This document shows, one piece after another, positions 46,050-55,209 of a DNA stretch of 64,000 nt. The stretch comes from Candidatus Thalassarchaeaceae archaeon (GTDB lineage: Archaea; Thermoplasmatota; Poseidoniia; Poseidoniales; Thalassarchaeaceae). Every line of letters begins with the position of its first letter. Position 1 is the first letter of the stretch. Position numbers and translations under genes: made by a program. Under the pieces are notes generated by a model. It was not told the origin of the DNA and did no database searches. It saw only the letters and a program-made list of their open reading frames with translations. The stretch spans positions 42,748 to 106,747 of the forward strand of contig JAJPRD010000002.1 of the NCBI GenBank assembly GCA_023700255.1, given 5' to 3'.

Positions 46050-46811
46050 TCAAGCATAAAAGTTTGAATCGCCTGAGCCCTCAGTATCATCTAGGATGTC
46101 GTTTATTGATCCAGATACTTCCATAGTTGCTAATAATTTCTTAGCAGTTTTTTCTGTAGTGTCTAAATCTAAATTTAGAGGCAATTCGAATCCTTCTTCA
46201 ATCCATGATGCTAGCCTATCTGCTGCGAGAACATCAGCACTCGCTCCTATAGTTTCAGCAACTAGTCCAATCGCTGGAACCTTGTGTAAAGGTGAAAGTG
46301 ATATTAGAAGCCCAGCGATTCCGATCATTCCTGATTTAGGTTGGTCATTTGTAACTGTAATATCATTACTCTCTAAGGTTTTTTTCACTTTTTCATCTGC
46401 ACAAATAACATGGATTTTCCTATCCTCTGCATTCGCTGCTAATCCTGCCAATACTAATAATTGCGGTGTATTATACTTTTTTGCTAGCCCAAGAATGCTA
46501 TCGGCAACCTCAAACTGACCATTTGCAGTCATTGGTTGCAAATCTCCACCAATTGTAATTATAGTTCTACCATCTGGCAGTATTACTGAGTTTATGTCTA
46601 ATCTTGGGGGTGCCATCAGTCCCTCTTTTGTTAATGTAGCGTGTGGAGGGAAATCCGGATGTAAGATCCATCCTATGGTTCTTGAAGGATGTTTTTCAAC
46701 TAATGCATCAACGACTAGCTTTCCAACATTTCCTACCCCAGGTACTGCTTCTAATATCGCAGAATGTTCTGGTAAACCTTCGTCTATTATCCAATGGAAT
46801 CTCGTCTTCAC
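46050..46811 (-). CDS. PAC2-family proteasome assembly chaperone-like protein
   Basis: AILEAVPGVGNVGKLVVDAL is near the N-terminus, and the size is typical of the archaeal PAC2 family. Its start overlaps the nop10 stop by 4 nt. Confidence 0.7.
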   Translation of the reverse strand: MKTRFHWIIDEGLPEHSAILEAVPGVGNVGKLVVDALVEKHPSRTIGWILHPDFPPHATLTKEGLMAPPRLDINSVILPDGRTIITIGGDLQPMTANGQFEVADSILGLAKKYNTPQLLVLAGLAANAEDRKIHVICADEKVKKTLESNDITVTNDQPKSGMIGIAGLLISLSPLHKVPAIGLVAETIGASADVLAADRLASWIEEGFELPLNLDLDTTEKTAKKLLATMEVSGSINDILDDTEGSGDSNFYA

Positions 46812-47029
46812 TCTTCTTCACCCTCGATTGCTTTCCGAGGGGTTGGTAGTGACTCTATCCATTCATCACTGCCTGCATTGACTCTTTGCCTACGCCTAGT
46901 TCCTTGTGGGTCTTCTGGAGAATATTTCAGTGGAGCAACAGTCTCCATTACTCCTCCACATTTTTTGCAGATATCTCCAAGGCCATATTCCTCACAGCCT
47001 TTACAGCGTTGTAATTTTGTTCGTACCAT
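46808..47029 (-). CDS. nop10: H/ACA RNP protein Nop10 with an acidic C-terminal extension
   Basis: The zinc ribbon CKGCEEYGLGDICKKCGG is followed by PLKYSPEDP. At 73 aa it is longer than the usual length of about 55-60 aa. Confidence 0.85.
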   Translation of the reverse strand: MVRTKLQRCKGCEEYGLGDICKKCGGVMETVAPLKYSPEDPQGTRRRQRVNAGSDEWIESLPTPRKAIEGEEE

Positions 47030-47091
47030 GTGACCCCTCAGATTGTTGTGATGTACGGGGGTGTATGAATTAATATGTTCCTAATCATTCA

Positions 47092-47880
47092 TCATAGTCT
47101 TTCTATGGTGATTGACCCCTTGACCGATTTGATTTTTTTTGTTGCGATTTTATTCGCAGCATCCCATGCAGATTCTGCAGATGAGTAATCTGGTGCTTTG
47201 ATATCGATACGGTAATGTGGTGCTCCATCATAGTGGCAGGTCAGTGTTACTTCTTCTTCATTCTCAACTACTGACTCTACAGCTACCAGAGTTTCACGAA
47301 TTGCATGAACTCCTTCTGAACCCCATACCTCAATGTCATAAATACCTCTAATCTCTACGAAAGGTGGGACGATATTCTCAACAGCTAGTTCTGTTACTAC
47401 TTTCATCCAGTCTCCAGAGAAACCTGAATCTGATAATGCTGTTTCTGATATTGCACATTCTTCAAGTGCTCCATAAAGTGATCCGAATTGTTCAATCATC
47501 TCTTCTGAGATTATTTCGGTTTTTTCAGCATCCCAATCTACTCTTTCTGCAGCAACACGCATAATTTGAGTTGCACGTTGTTGATTCTTCCAGGTTTGTA
47601 AAGTATCTTTTTTTCTTTCTGCTGAAACTGACTTAATGGAAAGATCGACTCTCTGTCTATCTTTCTTTACTTGAACTACCTTAGCGACGACTCTTTGCCC
47701 TTCTCTTAGGTGAGATCGAATATTCTTTACCCATCCAGAAGCAACTTCTCCAATGAATACGAAACCTTCTCTTTCGCCATACCCGCCTAACTTTAGGTAA
47801 GCTCCGTTTTCTTTAACGCCCTTTACAGTACAAACAAGAAGTTCTCCTTCTTCAGGCCATGTATCGTCAGCTTCACTCAT
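47092..47880 (-). CDS. eif2a: Translation initiation factor 2 subunit alpha (aIF2-alpha)
   Basis: The S1 domain is PEEGELLVCTVKGVKENGAYLKL...GFVFIGEVASGWVKNIRSHLREGQRVVAKV. It occupies the conserved position in the rpl44e-rps27e-eif2a-nop10 cluster. Confidence 0.92.
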   Translation of the reverse strand: MSEADDTWPEEGELLVCTVKGVKENGAYLKLGGYGEREGFVFIGEVASGWVKNIRSHLREGQRVVAKVVQVKKDRQRVDLSIKSVSAERKKDTLQTWKNQQRATQIMRVAAERVDWDAEKTEIISEEMIEQFGSLYGALEECAISETALSDSGFSGDWMKVVTELAVENIVPPFVEIRGIYDIEVWGSEGVHAIRETLVAVESVVENEEEVTLTCHYDGAPHYRIDIKAPDYSSAESAWDAANKIATKKIKSVKGSITIERL

Positions 47881-47895
47881 TGTATTCTGTCCCCA

Positions 47896-48069
47896 TCATT
47901 CGAGGACATCTACAACTGTGCTTCCAGATAAATCTGCCTTTCCACCTGCTGGTCTTGCTAAAGTAGCACCGCAAATTGAACATGAAATCGAGGTTGATGC
48001 CCTGTCAAAGAGAATGGTCTCATGTCCGCAATCTGTGCAACTTACACGTAGGAATTTTCCACTCATCAT
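47896..48069 (-). CDS. rps27e: 30S ribosomal protein S27e
   Basis: Hand translation gives MMSGKFLRVSCTDCGHETILFDRASTSISCSICGATLARPAGGKADLSGSTVVDVLE. The S27e zinc ribbon CxxC...CxxC and the (A/E)PTGGKA-like motif are present. At under 60 aa it is missing from the ORF track. Confidence 0.9.
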   Translation of the reverse strand: MMSGKFLRVSCTDCGHETILFDRASTSISCSICGATLARPAGGKADLSGSTVVDVLE

Positions 48070-48079
48070 TATCCCTCAA

Positions 48080-48373
48080 TTATTTATCAATTAGTTCGAA
48101 TTTCTTCGCTCTCTTCCCTGCAGGAGAATGTCCTTTTCCTGTTTCTGTGCATCTAAATACTAGATTGACGCGTTTTGTTGGTTTTTCTCCAGATGGCTTT
48201 GGACGAGGGAAACCTCTGTATCCTGCTGTTGCTTTACGGAATCTTCTTTGACCCCATTTAAGTTCACTAGCGCGCCTTTTCTTGACACGTTCGACTGTAT
48301 GTTCTGTATGCTTACCAGCAGAAGGGCTGTAACGCATCACTTTACGCGGCATCTTTACCATCTTTAGCACCAT
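48080..48373 (-). CDS. rpl44e: 50S ribosomal protein L44e (eL42), Cys-depleted form
   Basis: MPRKVMRYSPSAGKHTEHTV...KWGQRR...GEKPTKRVNLVFRCTETGKGH aligns by eye with archaeal L44e ([20 protein letters not shown]...YRCGECGKAH). The likely start is MVKMPRK at 48361. Confidence 0.9.
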   Translation of the reverse strand: MVLKMVKMPRKVMRYSPSAGKHTEHTVERVKKRRASELKWGQRRFRKATAGYRGFPRPKPSGEKPTKRVNLVFRCTETGKGHSPAGKRAKKFELIDK

Positions 48374-48505
48374 AGCGTCTTACGACGAAGCGGGCGACTA
48401 ACGACCCGTATATGAACTCTGTCGCGTAATCTTCGAACTAATAATTGGACATTTAGTGATTTTATCTAAAAAACATAGATGAAGTAGTGGCTATGGGGAA
48501 TCATC

Positions 48506-49066
48506 GTGATTACTGCTCCTATACAGATTTGGCTCGGCTTTTTCCTTATAGTATCTGGCATATCTTTTGGAAGAATGGGTCCTTCATTCAAAAGAAATCA
48601 ATATACTTTATTTTTCGTTCTTCTTGGAACTTTATGTATACTTCTTCCGAAACCCAATCTCTATGATCAATCTTCATTAAACCAATTACCCGAATATTAT
48701 TTGATGAATATAATTGATAATTTTATCCCATGGTTCTTCACTGGTTTTTTAGGTTACTACTTAGTTCTCGTAGGCGCTCCAACATATTGGAAAATACGTT
48801 ATCCTCAATTAATTTCCGGTTGGATAATTATTCTTTCGTCATTATATCTTTATTTCGAATATAATTCACATTTTTCAGTTAAGGAAATATTTCTTGCTTT
48901 TTCAAGTTTCATTGGTATTCTAATTTCTTTGCTTTGCTTTGCAATTTTAGTTAGGTATATCGAAAATAGTACTCCTCTTGATGAACCTGCTCCTGAATTA
49001 ACAGATGAAGAGAAAGAATTAGTGACGAGAATCATTTCTAAAAACATAGGGGTTGATGAAGGATGA
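48506..49066 (+). CDS. Hypothetical integral membrane protein
   Basis: 186 aa with about 5 hydrophobic helices and an acidic C-terminus. It has a GTG start. Its stop overlaps the next ORF's start (ATGA). Confidence 0.6.
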   Translation: MITAPIQIWLGFFLIVSGISFGRMGPSFKRNQYTLFFVLLGTLCILLPKPNLYDQSSLNQLPEYYLMNIIDNFIPWFFTGFLGYYLVLVGAPTYWKIRYPQLISGWIIILSSLYLYFEYNSHFSVKEIFLAFSSFIGILISLLCFAILVRYIENSTPLDEPAPELTDEEKELVTRIISKNIGVDEG

Positions 49067-49410
49067 ATGCAGACTTAATTGAATTACTATACTATGTGAT
49101 TGGAGGTTTTATGGTTTCGAATATTTCACTCATAATATTCCAAGTTGTTTCTTACCATCCTTACAGTCGTCCATTAATTTCCATACTCGTTCAATCGATT
49201 TCTGTTCTGCTTTGTTTAGTTCTGATTATTGAATTAAACGAGGGAGTTACCGATTTATTGTATTCTCTAAGATTCGGGCTATCCCAGGGATTGATTGGAA
49301 TCATTATGATTTTACCTTTATTCTATGTTTTAATGCTTTATTTCTTGTTTATGGCATCGATAAGGTCTCGCCAACATGATCCTCTTCTAGCGCTTTTAGA
49401 TGCTGAATGA
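49063..49410 (+). CDS. Hypothetical integral membrane protein
   Basis: 115 aa with 3 hydrophobic helices. It appears translationally coupled to the preceding ORF. Confidence 0.55.
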   Translation: MNADLIELLYYVIGGFMVSNISLIIFQVVSYHPYSRPLISILVQSISVLLCLVLIIELNEGVTDLLYSLRFGLSQGLIGIIMILPLFYVLMLYFLFMASIRSRQHDPLLALLDAE

Positions 49411-49489
49411 GTCTCAACTTAACAGCCCTCTCAAGGGTAACTCTCATAACAAGTCGGTAAGTCGCCGCGCTATCCAATAAGGTGTTATC

Positions 49490-49672
49490 ATGTCCAAAGG
49501 CACTCCAAGCATGGGTAAGCGACAAAAGTCCACCCACATTCGTTGCCGTCGTTGCGGCCGTCATTCTTACCATAAGCAGAAGTCAGTATGCGCATCTTGC
49601 GGGTACGGTCAAACAGCTCGTATGCGTAAGTATCAATGGAGCAAGAGAAACCGTGTCATGGGTAGTAAATAA
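49490..49672 (+). CDS. rpl37e: 50S ribosomal protein L37e
   Basis: [40 protein letters not shown] shows the classic L37e zinc-ribbon pattern. Confidence 0.95.
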   Translation: MSKGTPSMGKRQKSTHIRCRRCGRHSYHKQKSVCASCGYGQTARMRKYQWSKRNRVMGSK

Positions 49673-49730
49673 TCAAGTTTCATATTAGCAAAGTGCTAAG
49701 ACCCTTACAACTGAGCGAGGTTTGTTCTAC

Positions 49731-51233
49731 ATGTGTGGTATAATCGGTATTGTTGGTAACCCTGAATATTCTGTAGCTTCGGATATATATGATGGATTGC
49801 TAGTTCTCCAGCATAGAGGACAGGATGCAGCCGGTATTGTTACCTTTGATGAGCGCAACATGTATCATCGCCGGGCTAATGGATATGTCAGAGATATATT
49901 CAAACAGAGACATATGAAATCTCTTCAAGGGTCCGTAGGGATTGGTCATGTAAGATATCCAACCGCTGGTAGTTCATCTGTTGCAGAAGCTCAGCCTTTC
50001 TACACCAATACCCCCTTTGGTGTAAGTTTGGCTCATAATGGTAACTTAAATAATACTGAAGAGATACTTGATAGTCTTCTTGAGTATGATCATCGAAGAA
50101 TCAACACAAGTTCGGATTCAGAAGCTCTATTGAATTTGTTTGCAGCAGAGATTCAACGTTCACTAAATGGTCGCCCCGGAGGGATTGATGCATTAGGTTC
50201 TGAAGATATTTTTCGAGCGATAGAAAGAACTCATATGCGTGCTGAAGGAAGTTACAGTGTAGTGACTTGCATTACTGGTTGGGGTATTGTTGCTTTTAGA
50301 GATCCTAATGGTATTAGGCCATTATGTATGGGTACTAGAGATAATAATGGCTTCCTCGAATATGCTTTTGCTTCAGAAAGTGCTGCATTAATGACTTTAG
50401 GATTCAATCTAGAAAGAGATGTTTTGCCTGGTGAAGCAGTGATTGTAAGGAGAGATGGTACTTTCTTTGCTCAACAATGTCATCCTGAACCCCAGCATCG
50501 TCCGTGTATTTTCGAACATGTATATTTTGCTCGTCCTGATTCTGTAATAGATGGGGTTTCAGTTCATAGTGCCCGTCTTAGGATGGGAGCATCTCTTGCA
50601 CGAAGAATAATTTCACTGAATAAAAATCATGGTATCGATGCAGTAATTCCCGTTCCGGACAGTGGATGTATTGCTGCCTTAGAGTTAGCCAGAGAATTAG
50701 GAGTTCCTTATCGTGAGGGGTTTGTTAAAAACAGATATATCGGACGTACTTTTCTCATGCCGGGGCAGTCAGTAAGGAAAGACTCAGTTCGTAAAAAATT
50801 GAATACAATTGAGAGCGAATTTTTTGGTAAAACTGTACTCATTATTGATGATAGTGTTGTGAGAGGAAATACTTCCAAAAGAATCGTTGAAATGGCTAGA
50901 GCTGCTGGTGCTGAAAAGGTATTCTTTGCTTCTGCCGCACCTCCAATTATTCATCCTAATGTGTACGGTATCGATATGCCTGCTAAGAATGAATATGTCG
51001 CATATAATCGTTCTAACTCTGAAATATGTGATGCAATTGGTGCAGATTGGATGATTTATCAAGATCTTGATGATTTGATTGAAGCTTGTTTAGGTGCCGG
51101 TGATAATAAGATTGCTACATTTGATTGTTCTTGTTTCGATGGGGTATATGTCACTGGTGGAATTACTGACGAATACCTCAATAAAATTGAAAAATCAAGA
51201 AATGATAAGGCTAAAAAATCTGCTTCTGCTTAG
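49731..51233 (+). CDS. purF: Amidophosphoribosyltransferase
   Basis: MCGIIGIVG provides the Ntn Cys after Met removal. The PRPP loop is VLIIDDSVVRGNTS. I trimmed the ORF-track start (49722) to the ATG at 49731. Confidence 0.93.
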   Translation: MCGIIGIVGNPEYSVASDIYDGLLVLQHRGQDAAGIVTFDERNMYHRRANGYVRDIFKQRHMKSLQGSVGIGHVRYPTAGSSSVAEAQPFYTNTPFGVSLAHNGNLNNTEEILDSLLEYDHRRINTSSDSEALLNLFAAEIQRSLNGRPGGIDALGSEDIFRAIERTHMRAEGSYSVVTCITGWGIVAFRDPNGIRPLCMGTRDNNGFLEYAFASESAALMTLGFNLERDVLPGEAVIVRRDGTFFAQQCHPEPQHRPCIFEHVYFARPDSVIDGVSVHSARLRMGASLARRIISLNKNHGIDAVIPVPDSGCIAALELARELGVPYREGFVKNRYIGRTFLMPGQSVRKDSVRKKLNTIESEFFGKTVLIIDDSVVRGNTSKRIVEMARAAGAEKVFFASAAPPIIHPNVYGIDMPAKNEYVAYNRSNSEICDAIGADWMIYQDLDDLIEACLGAGDNKIATFDCSCFDGVYVTGGITDEYLNKIEKSRNDKAKKSASA

Positions 51234-51279
51234 TGCATTTACCAGTTAGGATGAAAGAGTATTAGCGTTCAGTATCTTT

Positions 51280-52779
51280 ATGGAATCCACTATCGATGTT
51301 CTGAAAACCGTCGAAATGAGTGGTGTACCAACTTCTACCTGCTTGATGGGAAATGGTGATCTAGCAGTGGGCGATGATAATGGAATGGTCTCAATTTTCA
51401 ACATCGAAGGTGAATTAATTCAATCATATACTATTGATGGTAAAGTCATTGGATTATTATATTTAGATGGTAATTTGATAGCTGGATCTAGTATTTCAGG
51501 AGTCACACAATTTTCTGAACATAAATCTTGGCACCATAAATTAAATTCTGGTTGCGAAATACTCTCAATTTCTGGTTCTGAGTTTTTAGTTTCAGATAGC
51601 TCTGGTGCATTATATCGTTTTAGTTTTCTTGGAGAATTATTATGGAAGAAAGAGTATGGTCAAATAACTCATATTTCGAGTAATAATAATGGGGATTTTT
51701 CTTGTATAGGTTTAGAGGACGGTAGAGTGGTAATATTAGACCAAAATGGAGATATTATACAAGAATCTCTCGCTGCTAAAGATGATATAGAAACTATTTC
51801 TTGCATGCTTTTCCGTCCAGATGATATTTTAGTAGTCGCTAGAAATTCGTTAGGTCTAGTAATTGATGAGAGGCCAGAGAATCGTATTGAATGTTGGAGT
51901 ATGATAAGAGGACTAATTCATACTAGTGAGGTTGAAAGTTTAGTTACTTCAATGTGTAGCACTTCTAATGGGGTTATTTTAGGTTGTTTCGATGGCAATA
52001 TATTAAATTTAGAAGTCACTTCAATAATTCAGGAAAATTTAGTGAAATTTGATTATCCAATAACTAAAATATCTACTTGGAATAATGATTTACTCATTGC
52101 CTCATGGTTTGATCTCTTTAGAGTTAATTTTGATAAAGAATTAACTTGGAGCCTTGAACACACTGGTATAGTTGAGCATATTATAAAGTTAGATGATTCT
52201 AGAGTTGCTATACTCGGTGATGATAAAAAACAGAGAACTCCTAGTCCAATGTATATTATTAATCCGGATTCCGAAGTTAAAACAAATGAATATTCATTTA
52301 ATGATACATCAGATGATGTCAATTTTTCAAATGAATTTTCAGGAGCACTTTCTGAAGACGAAGAAAAGGCCTCCTTCCAGCGGCCAGAGTTACCAGAAGA
52401 TACCTCTGAAATATTCGATGCACTCGATGAGGAATTGGAGATAATAGTGACTGCTCCAATTGTGGAAGCGGACTTACTAGAAAATTTATCTAAATCAGCT
52501 AAATCCATAAATTTGCCTCCAATTGTAGATGTCGGCGAAGATAAAACAATCTCTTCCAATGATGAAGGTACAGCAATAGTTTTACTTGACGGGTCAAAAT
52601 CTTATGATCCAGACGGATTTATTAAAACCTGGTCATGGGAAAATGGTCATGGAAAAGTCATTTCTAATAAATCTAAAGTTCAAGTCAAATTATCTAAAGG
52701 AGTTCATGTGTTTTATCTGACAATATCCGATGATAGAGACGCATATTCCAAAGCTACATTGACGATACAAATTATTTAA
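51280..52779 (+). CDS. Beta-propeller (PQQ/WD40-like) repeat protein with a C-terminal PKD-like domain
   Basis: Repeated GDxNGxVxxFxxxGExI blades are followed by an acidic linker. The C-terminal VLLDGSKSYDPDGFIKTWSWENG is typical of PKD domains. No N-terminal hydrophobic segment is visible. Confidence 0.7.
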   Translation: MESTIDVLKTVEMSGVPTSTCLMGNGDLAVGDDNGMVSIFNIEGELIQSYTIDGKVIGLLYLDGNLIAGSSISGVTQFSEHKSWHHKLNSGCEILSISGSEFLVSDSSGALYRFSFLGELLWKKEYGQITHISSNNNGDFSCIGLEDGRVVILDQNGDIIQESLAAKDDIETISCMLFRPDDILVVARNSLGLVIDERPENRIECWSMIRGLIHTSEVESLVTSMCSTSNGVILGCFDGNILNLEVTSIIQENLVKFDYPITKISTWNNDLLIASWFDLFRVNFDKELTWSLEHTGIVEHIIKLDDSRVAILGDDKKQRTPSPMYIINPDSEVKTNEYSFNDTSDDVNFSNEFSGALSEDEEKASFQRPELPEDTSEIFDALDEELEIIVTAPIVEADLLENLSKSAKSINLPPIVDVGEDKTISSNDEGTAIVLLDGSKSYDPDGFIKTWSWENGHGKVISNKSKVQVKLSKGVHVFYLTISDDRDAYSKATLTIQII

Positions 52780-53414
52780 TCAGCAACGATTGGAACTTTG
52801 TTTGTATACCATACTACCATCGCATTATGTTCCCAAGAATCCCCATCTGACATTCCATCTAGTATTATTGTGCTTCCAACTGAAAGAAATCCTGGATCTA
52901 CTGTTGTATTAGTACCCCAAGGATATTCATCATTATTTTCAGAAAATATATCCCAATCGTGATTTATAGTTTCATGATTAATTACCTCTTGTTCGAACAT
53001 TCGATATTCGAAAGAAACCGACCTTAGTGCATAATCTGCCACCTGGAATACACAATTATGGGAAGGTCTTGTGAATGATGTATTCTCTTGAATAGTCATA
53101 TTAAGTACACATACTTGCCCATTTAACATACCTTCACTATCTCCATTATCATTATATCCAAGTACTAATGTTACATTTGTATCTTCATTTAATTCGGTGT
53201 GAATCACTTCTACAAGGGTAAATCTTATTCCGGCATCTCCATTAATCTCCAAATCAGAAATATCTGGAACACCATCATTATCTGTGTCGGAGAGTCCTGT
53301 TTGATATTCGTCAAAGACAATATCGGTAATGCTTAGGCCAATTAATATTCCAAAAATTATAGCCGATAAAATAGCCGCTCGGACATTATTATCTTCGAAC
53401 ACGTTACTATCCAT
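52776..53414 (-). CDS. Membrane-anchored hypothetical protein with a TSP3-like Asp motif
   Basis: The N-terminal TM helix is AAILSAIIFGILIGLSITDIVF, followed by DTDNDGVPDISD. No other motif is recognised. Confidence 0.6.
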   Translation of the reverse strand: MDSNVFEDNNVRAAILSAIIFGILIGLSITDIVFDEYQTGLSDTDNDGVPDISDLEINGDAGIRFTLVEVIHTELNEDTNVTLVLGYNDNGDSEGMLNGQVCVLNMTIQENTSFTRPSHNCVFQVADYALRSVSFEYRMFEQEVINHETINHDWDIFSENNDEYPWGTNTTVDPGFLSVGSTIILDGMSDGDSWEHNAMVVWYTNKVPIVAD

Positions 53415-53457
53415 ACTTAATCGAAAGAGTATTTTAATTTTAACGCATTGCTATATC

Positions 53458-54387
53458 TCATGATTGTAACTCTAAAAGAGCAGATTCAAGAGCAGGCATT
53501 GCATCTTCCCATGTAGAAACAATCCCATAATCAGCAACTCCGAATATTGGTGCATCTGGATCTTTATTGATGGCTAATATGTATTTACTCGATCTCATAC
53601 CTGCAAGATGTTGGATTGCACCTGAAATCCCTACTGCAATATACAGAGACGGAGTAACGGTTTTTCCGGTTTGACCTACTTGCATTCTATGAGGCATACC
53701 CCATTCATCAACAACCGCTCTACTCGCGCCCACAGCAGCTCCAACAATATCTGCAATTTTTTCTAATTGAGAGAAATTTTCTATTGAACCCATTCCTCTT
53801 CCACCTGATATAATTATATCTGCTTCTGTAACATCCAGACGCTCACTTGCTTGGTTAATTGCTTCTTGTATTGAAATTTTAATATCTGCTGATTGATTAA
53901 CGATATTAATCGGTGCATCATTACCTGAATTTGCTGCTTCGAAAGCATTTGGCCTGAGTGTTATTACTGCATCTCCGGAAATAGTCAGCGTTTCGATTGC
54001 TTTACCAGAGTATGCTGGCCTTGTTACCGTTATTCCTTCTGAAATCGATACGATGTCTTGAATAATTGGTATGCTTCTTTTGGCAGCGATTCTTGCACCT
54101 ATCTCTCTCCCATTTGGTGTTGCAGAAACTAGTATGTTACCTTCACATACTGAATTTAATGCCTCAGCCCAAGCGCCTCCATCGAAAATATCGAAGCAAT
54201 CTCCTATTACTGATATTACTTTTTCAACACCTTCAATATTTGCTGCTTCTGCTGACGCGATTCCATTTGGACAAATTACTATAGATTTAGACCCAATACT
54301 GGAAGCGGCTCCAATTAGTTGGTATGTAGTAGGGTGAAGATTATTTCCATTTGTTTCTGCTAATATTGTAAAGTTCATTATATTCAC
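53458..54387 (-). CDS. etfA: Electron transfer flavoprotein alpha subunit
   Basis: The FAD-binding signature is [16 protein letters not shown], and [10 protein letters not shown] is present. Confidence 0.92.
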   Translation of the reverse strand: MNIMNFTILAETNGNNLHPTTYQLIGAASSIGSKSIVICPNGIASAEAANIEGVEKVISVIGDCFDIFDGGAWAEALNSVCEGNILVSATPNGREIGARIAAKRSIPIIQDIVSISEGITVTRPAYSGKAIETLTISGDAVITLRPNAFEAANSGNDAPINIVNQSADIKISIQEAINQASERLDVTEADIIISGGRGMGSIENFSQLEKIADIVGAAVGASRAVVDEWGMPHRMQVGQTGKTVTPSLYIAVGISGAIQHLAGMRSSKYILAINKDPDAPIFGVADYGIVSTWEDAMPALESALLELQS

Positions 54388-54388
54388 C

Positions 54389-55144
54389 TCAGATTACATT
54401 TGCCTCATTGCGTAGTTTAGATACAACTGTAGATACGTGTTCAGCACCCTCGAATTTTTGTCCTGCTGCTTTTTCAGGGGGTGGTGTTTGAGAATCTAGA
54501 TTGACATTTGAACTTCCAGTATCTACTCCTAGATCACCCGAAGTTATTGATTCAATTATTTTCTTTTTAGCCATCATAATTCCTCTTACATTTGGTCTCC
54601 TAAGTTCCGAAGAACCTTTATCGAAGGCAAATACGCAGATTCCATTTACAGAAACTCTCTCTGTACCTGTATTACTTGGTCTTAAAGTTGAGAATACTCC
54701 ATCAGAATAATTTACTTCAGAAACTAATGTCACACATGCAGCATCTAATAATTCAGCAACACCTGGACCAGTTGAGCCACCATTTGTATCTGCTGCTTGT
54801 TTCCCACAAAGAACAACATTTGCTTCATATTTTTTAATAGCCGCTGATAATAATTTTTGAATATGGGTACTATCTTTTACTCCTTCATCGGAAATATGTA
54901 CTAGGATATCAGCCCCCACTGCTGCGGCATCTGTCAGCATTTTCTTTGTACGCTCAGGTCCACAAGTTATAGCGATTAAATTACCACTTGTTTTCTCTTT
55001 TATCTGTAATCCCGATTCTAATGCATATTCGTCATATGGACTCATTGACCATTTGCTAACCGAACTTTCATCGACTTTTCCTTCCGATATTGTAATCTTC
55101 GCAGTAGTGTCAGGAACTTGTTTTAGTAGTACAGCAATATTCAT
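54389..55144 (-). CDS. etfB: Electron transfer flavoprotein beta subunit
   Basis: MNIAVLLKQVPD, NPYDEYALE-like SPYDEYALE, and VLCGKQAADTNGG. It lies immediately upstream of etfA. Confidence 0.92.
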   Translation of the reverse strand: MNIAVLLKQVPDTTAKITISEGKVDESSVSKWSMSPYDEYALESGLQIKEKTSGNLIAITCGPERTKKMLTDAAAVGADILVHISDEGVKDSTHIQKLLSAAIKKYEANVVLCGKQAADTNGGSTGPGVAELLDAACVTLVSEVNYSDGVFSTLRPSNTGTERVSVNGICVFAFDKGSSELRRPNVRGIMMAKKKIIESITSGDLGVDTGSSNVNLDSQTPPPEKAAGQKFEGAEHVSTVVSKLRNEANVI

Positions 55145-55209
55145 ATTTATCCCTCTATTTTATCCGAATGGTTTTTCATGTTTTAATTTAACTAGTTGCT
55201 GATTAAGTA

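Noticed and set aside
46096-47033. Several plus-strand ORFs of 68-140 aa (46096-46518, 46594-46881, 46643-46849, 46794-47033)
   Set aside because: All are antisense to the PAC2 and Nop10 genes, which carry family motifs and sit in a conserved cluster.
47976-48251. A 91-aa plus-strand ORF
   Set aside because: It is antisense to S27e and L44e, both of which have unmistakable ribosomal protein sequences.
48374-48505. A relatively GC-rich 132-bp intergenic segment between rpl44e and a membrane protein gene, examined for a small RNA (C/D or H/ACA)
   Set aside because: No convincing C (RUGAUGA) / D (CUGA) box pairs or ACA-terminated hairpins were found. It more likely holds the divergent promoters, with a TTCATATA-like TATA element about 40 nt upstream of rpl44e.
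49349-49688. A 74-aa minus-strand ORF and a 68-aa plus-strand ORF overlapping the L37e locus
   Set aside because: The 60-aa frame at 49490-49672 is a textbook L37e. The others are overlapping frames with no motifs.
52053-52559. A 168-aa minus-strand Ser-rich ORF
   Set aside because: It is antisense within the propeller-PKD gene. Its low-complexity Ser/Ile composition is consistent with a shadow frame.
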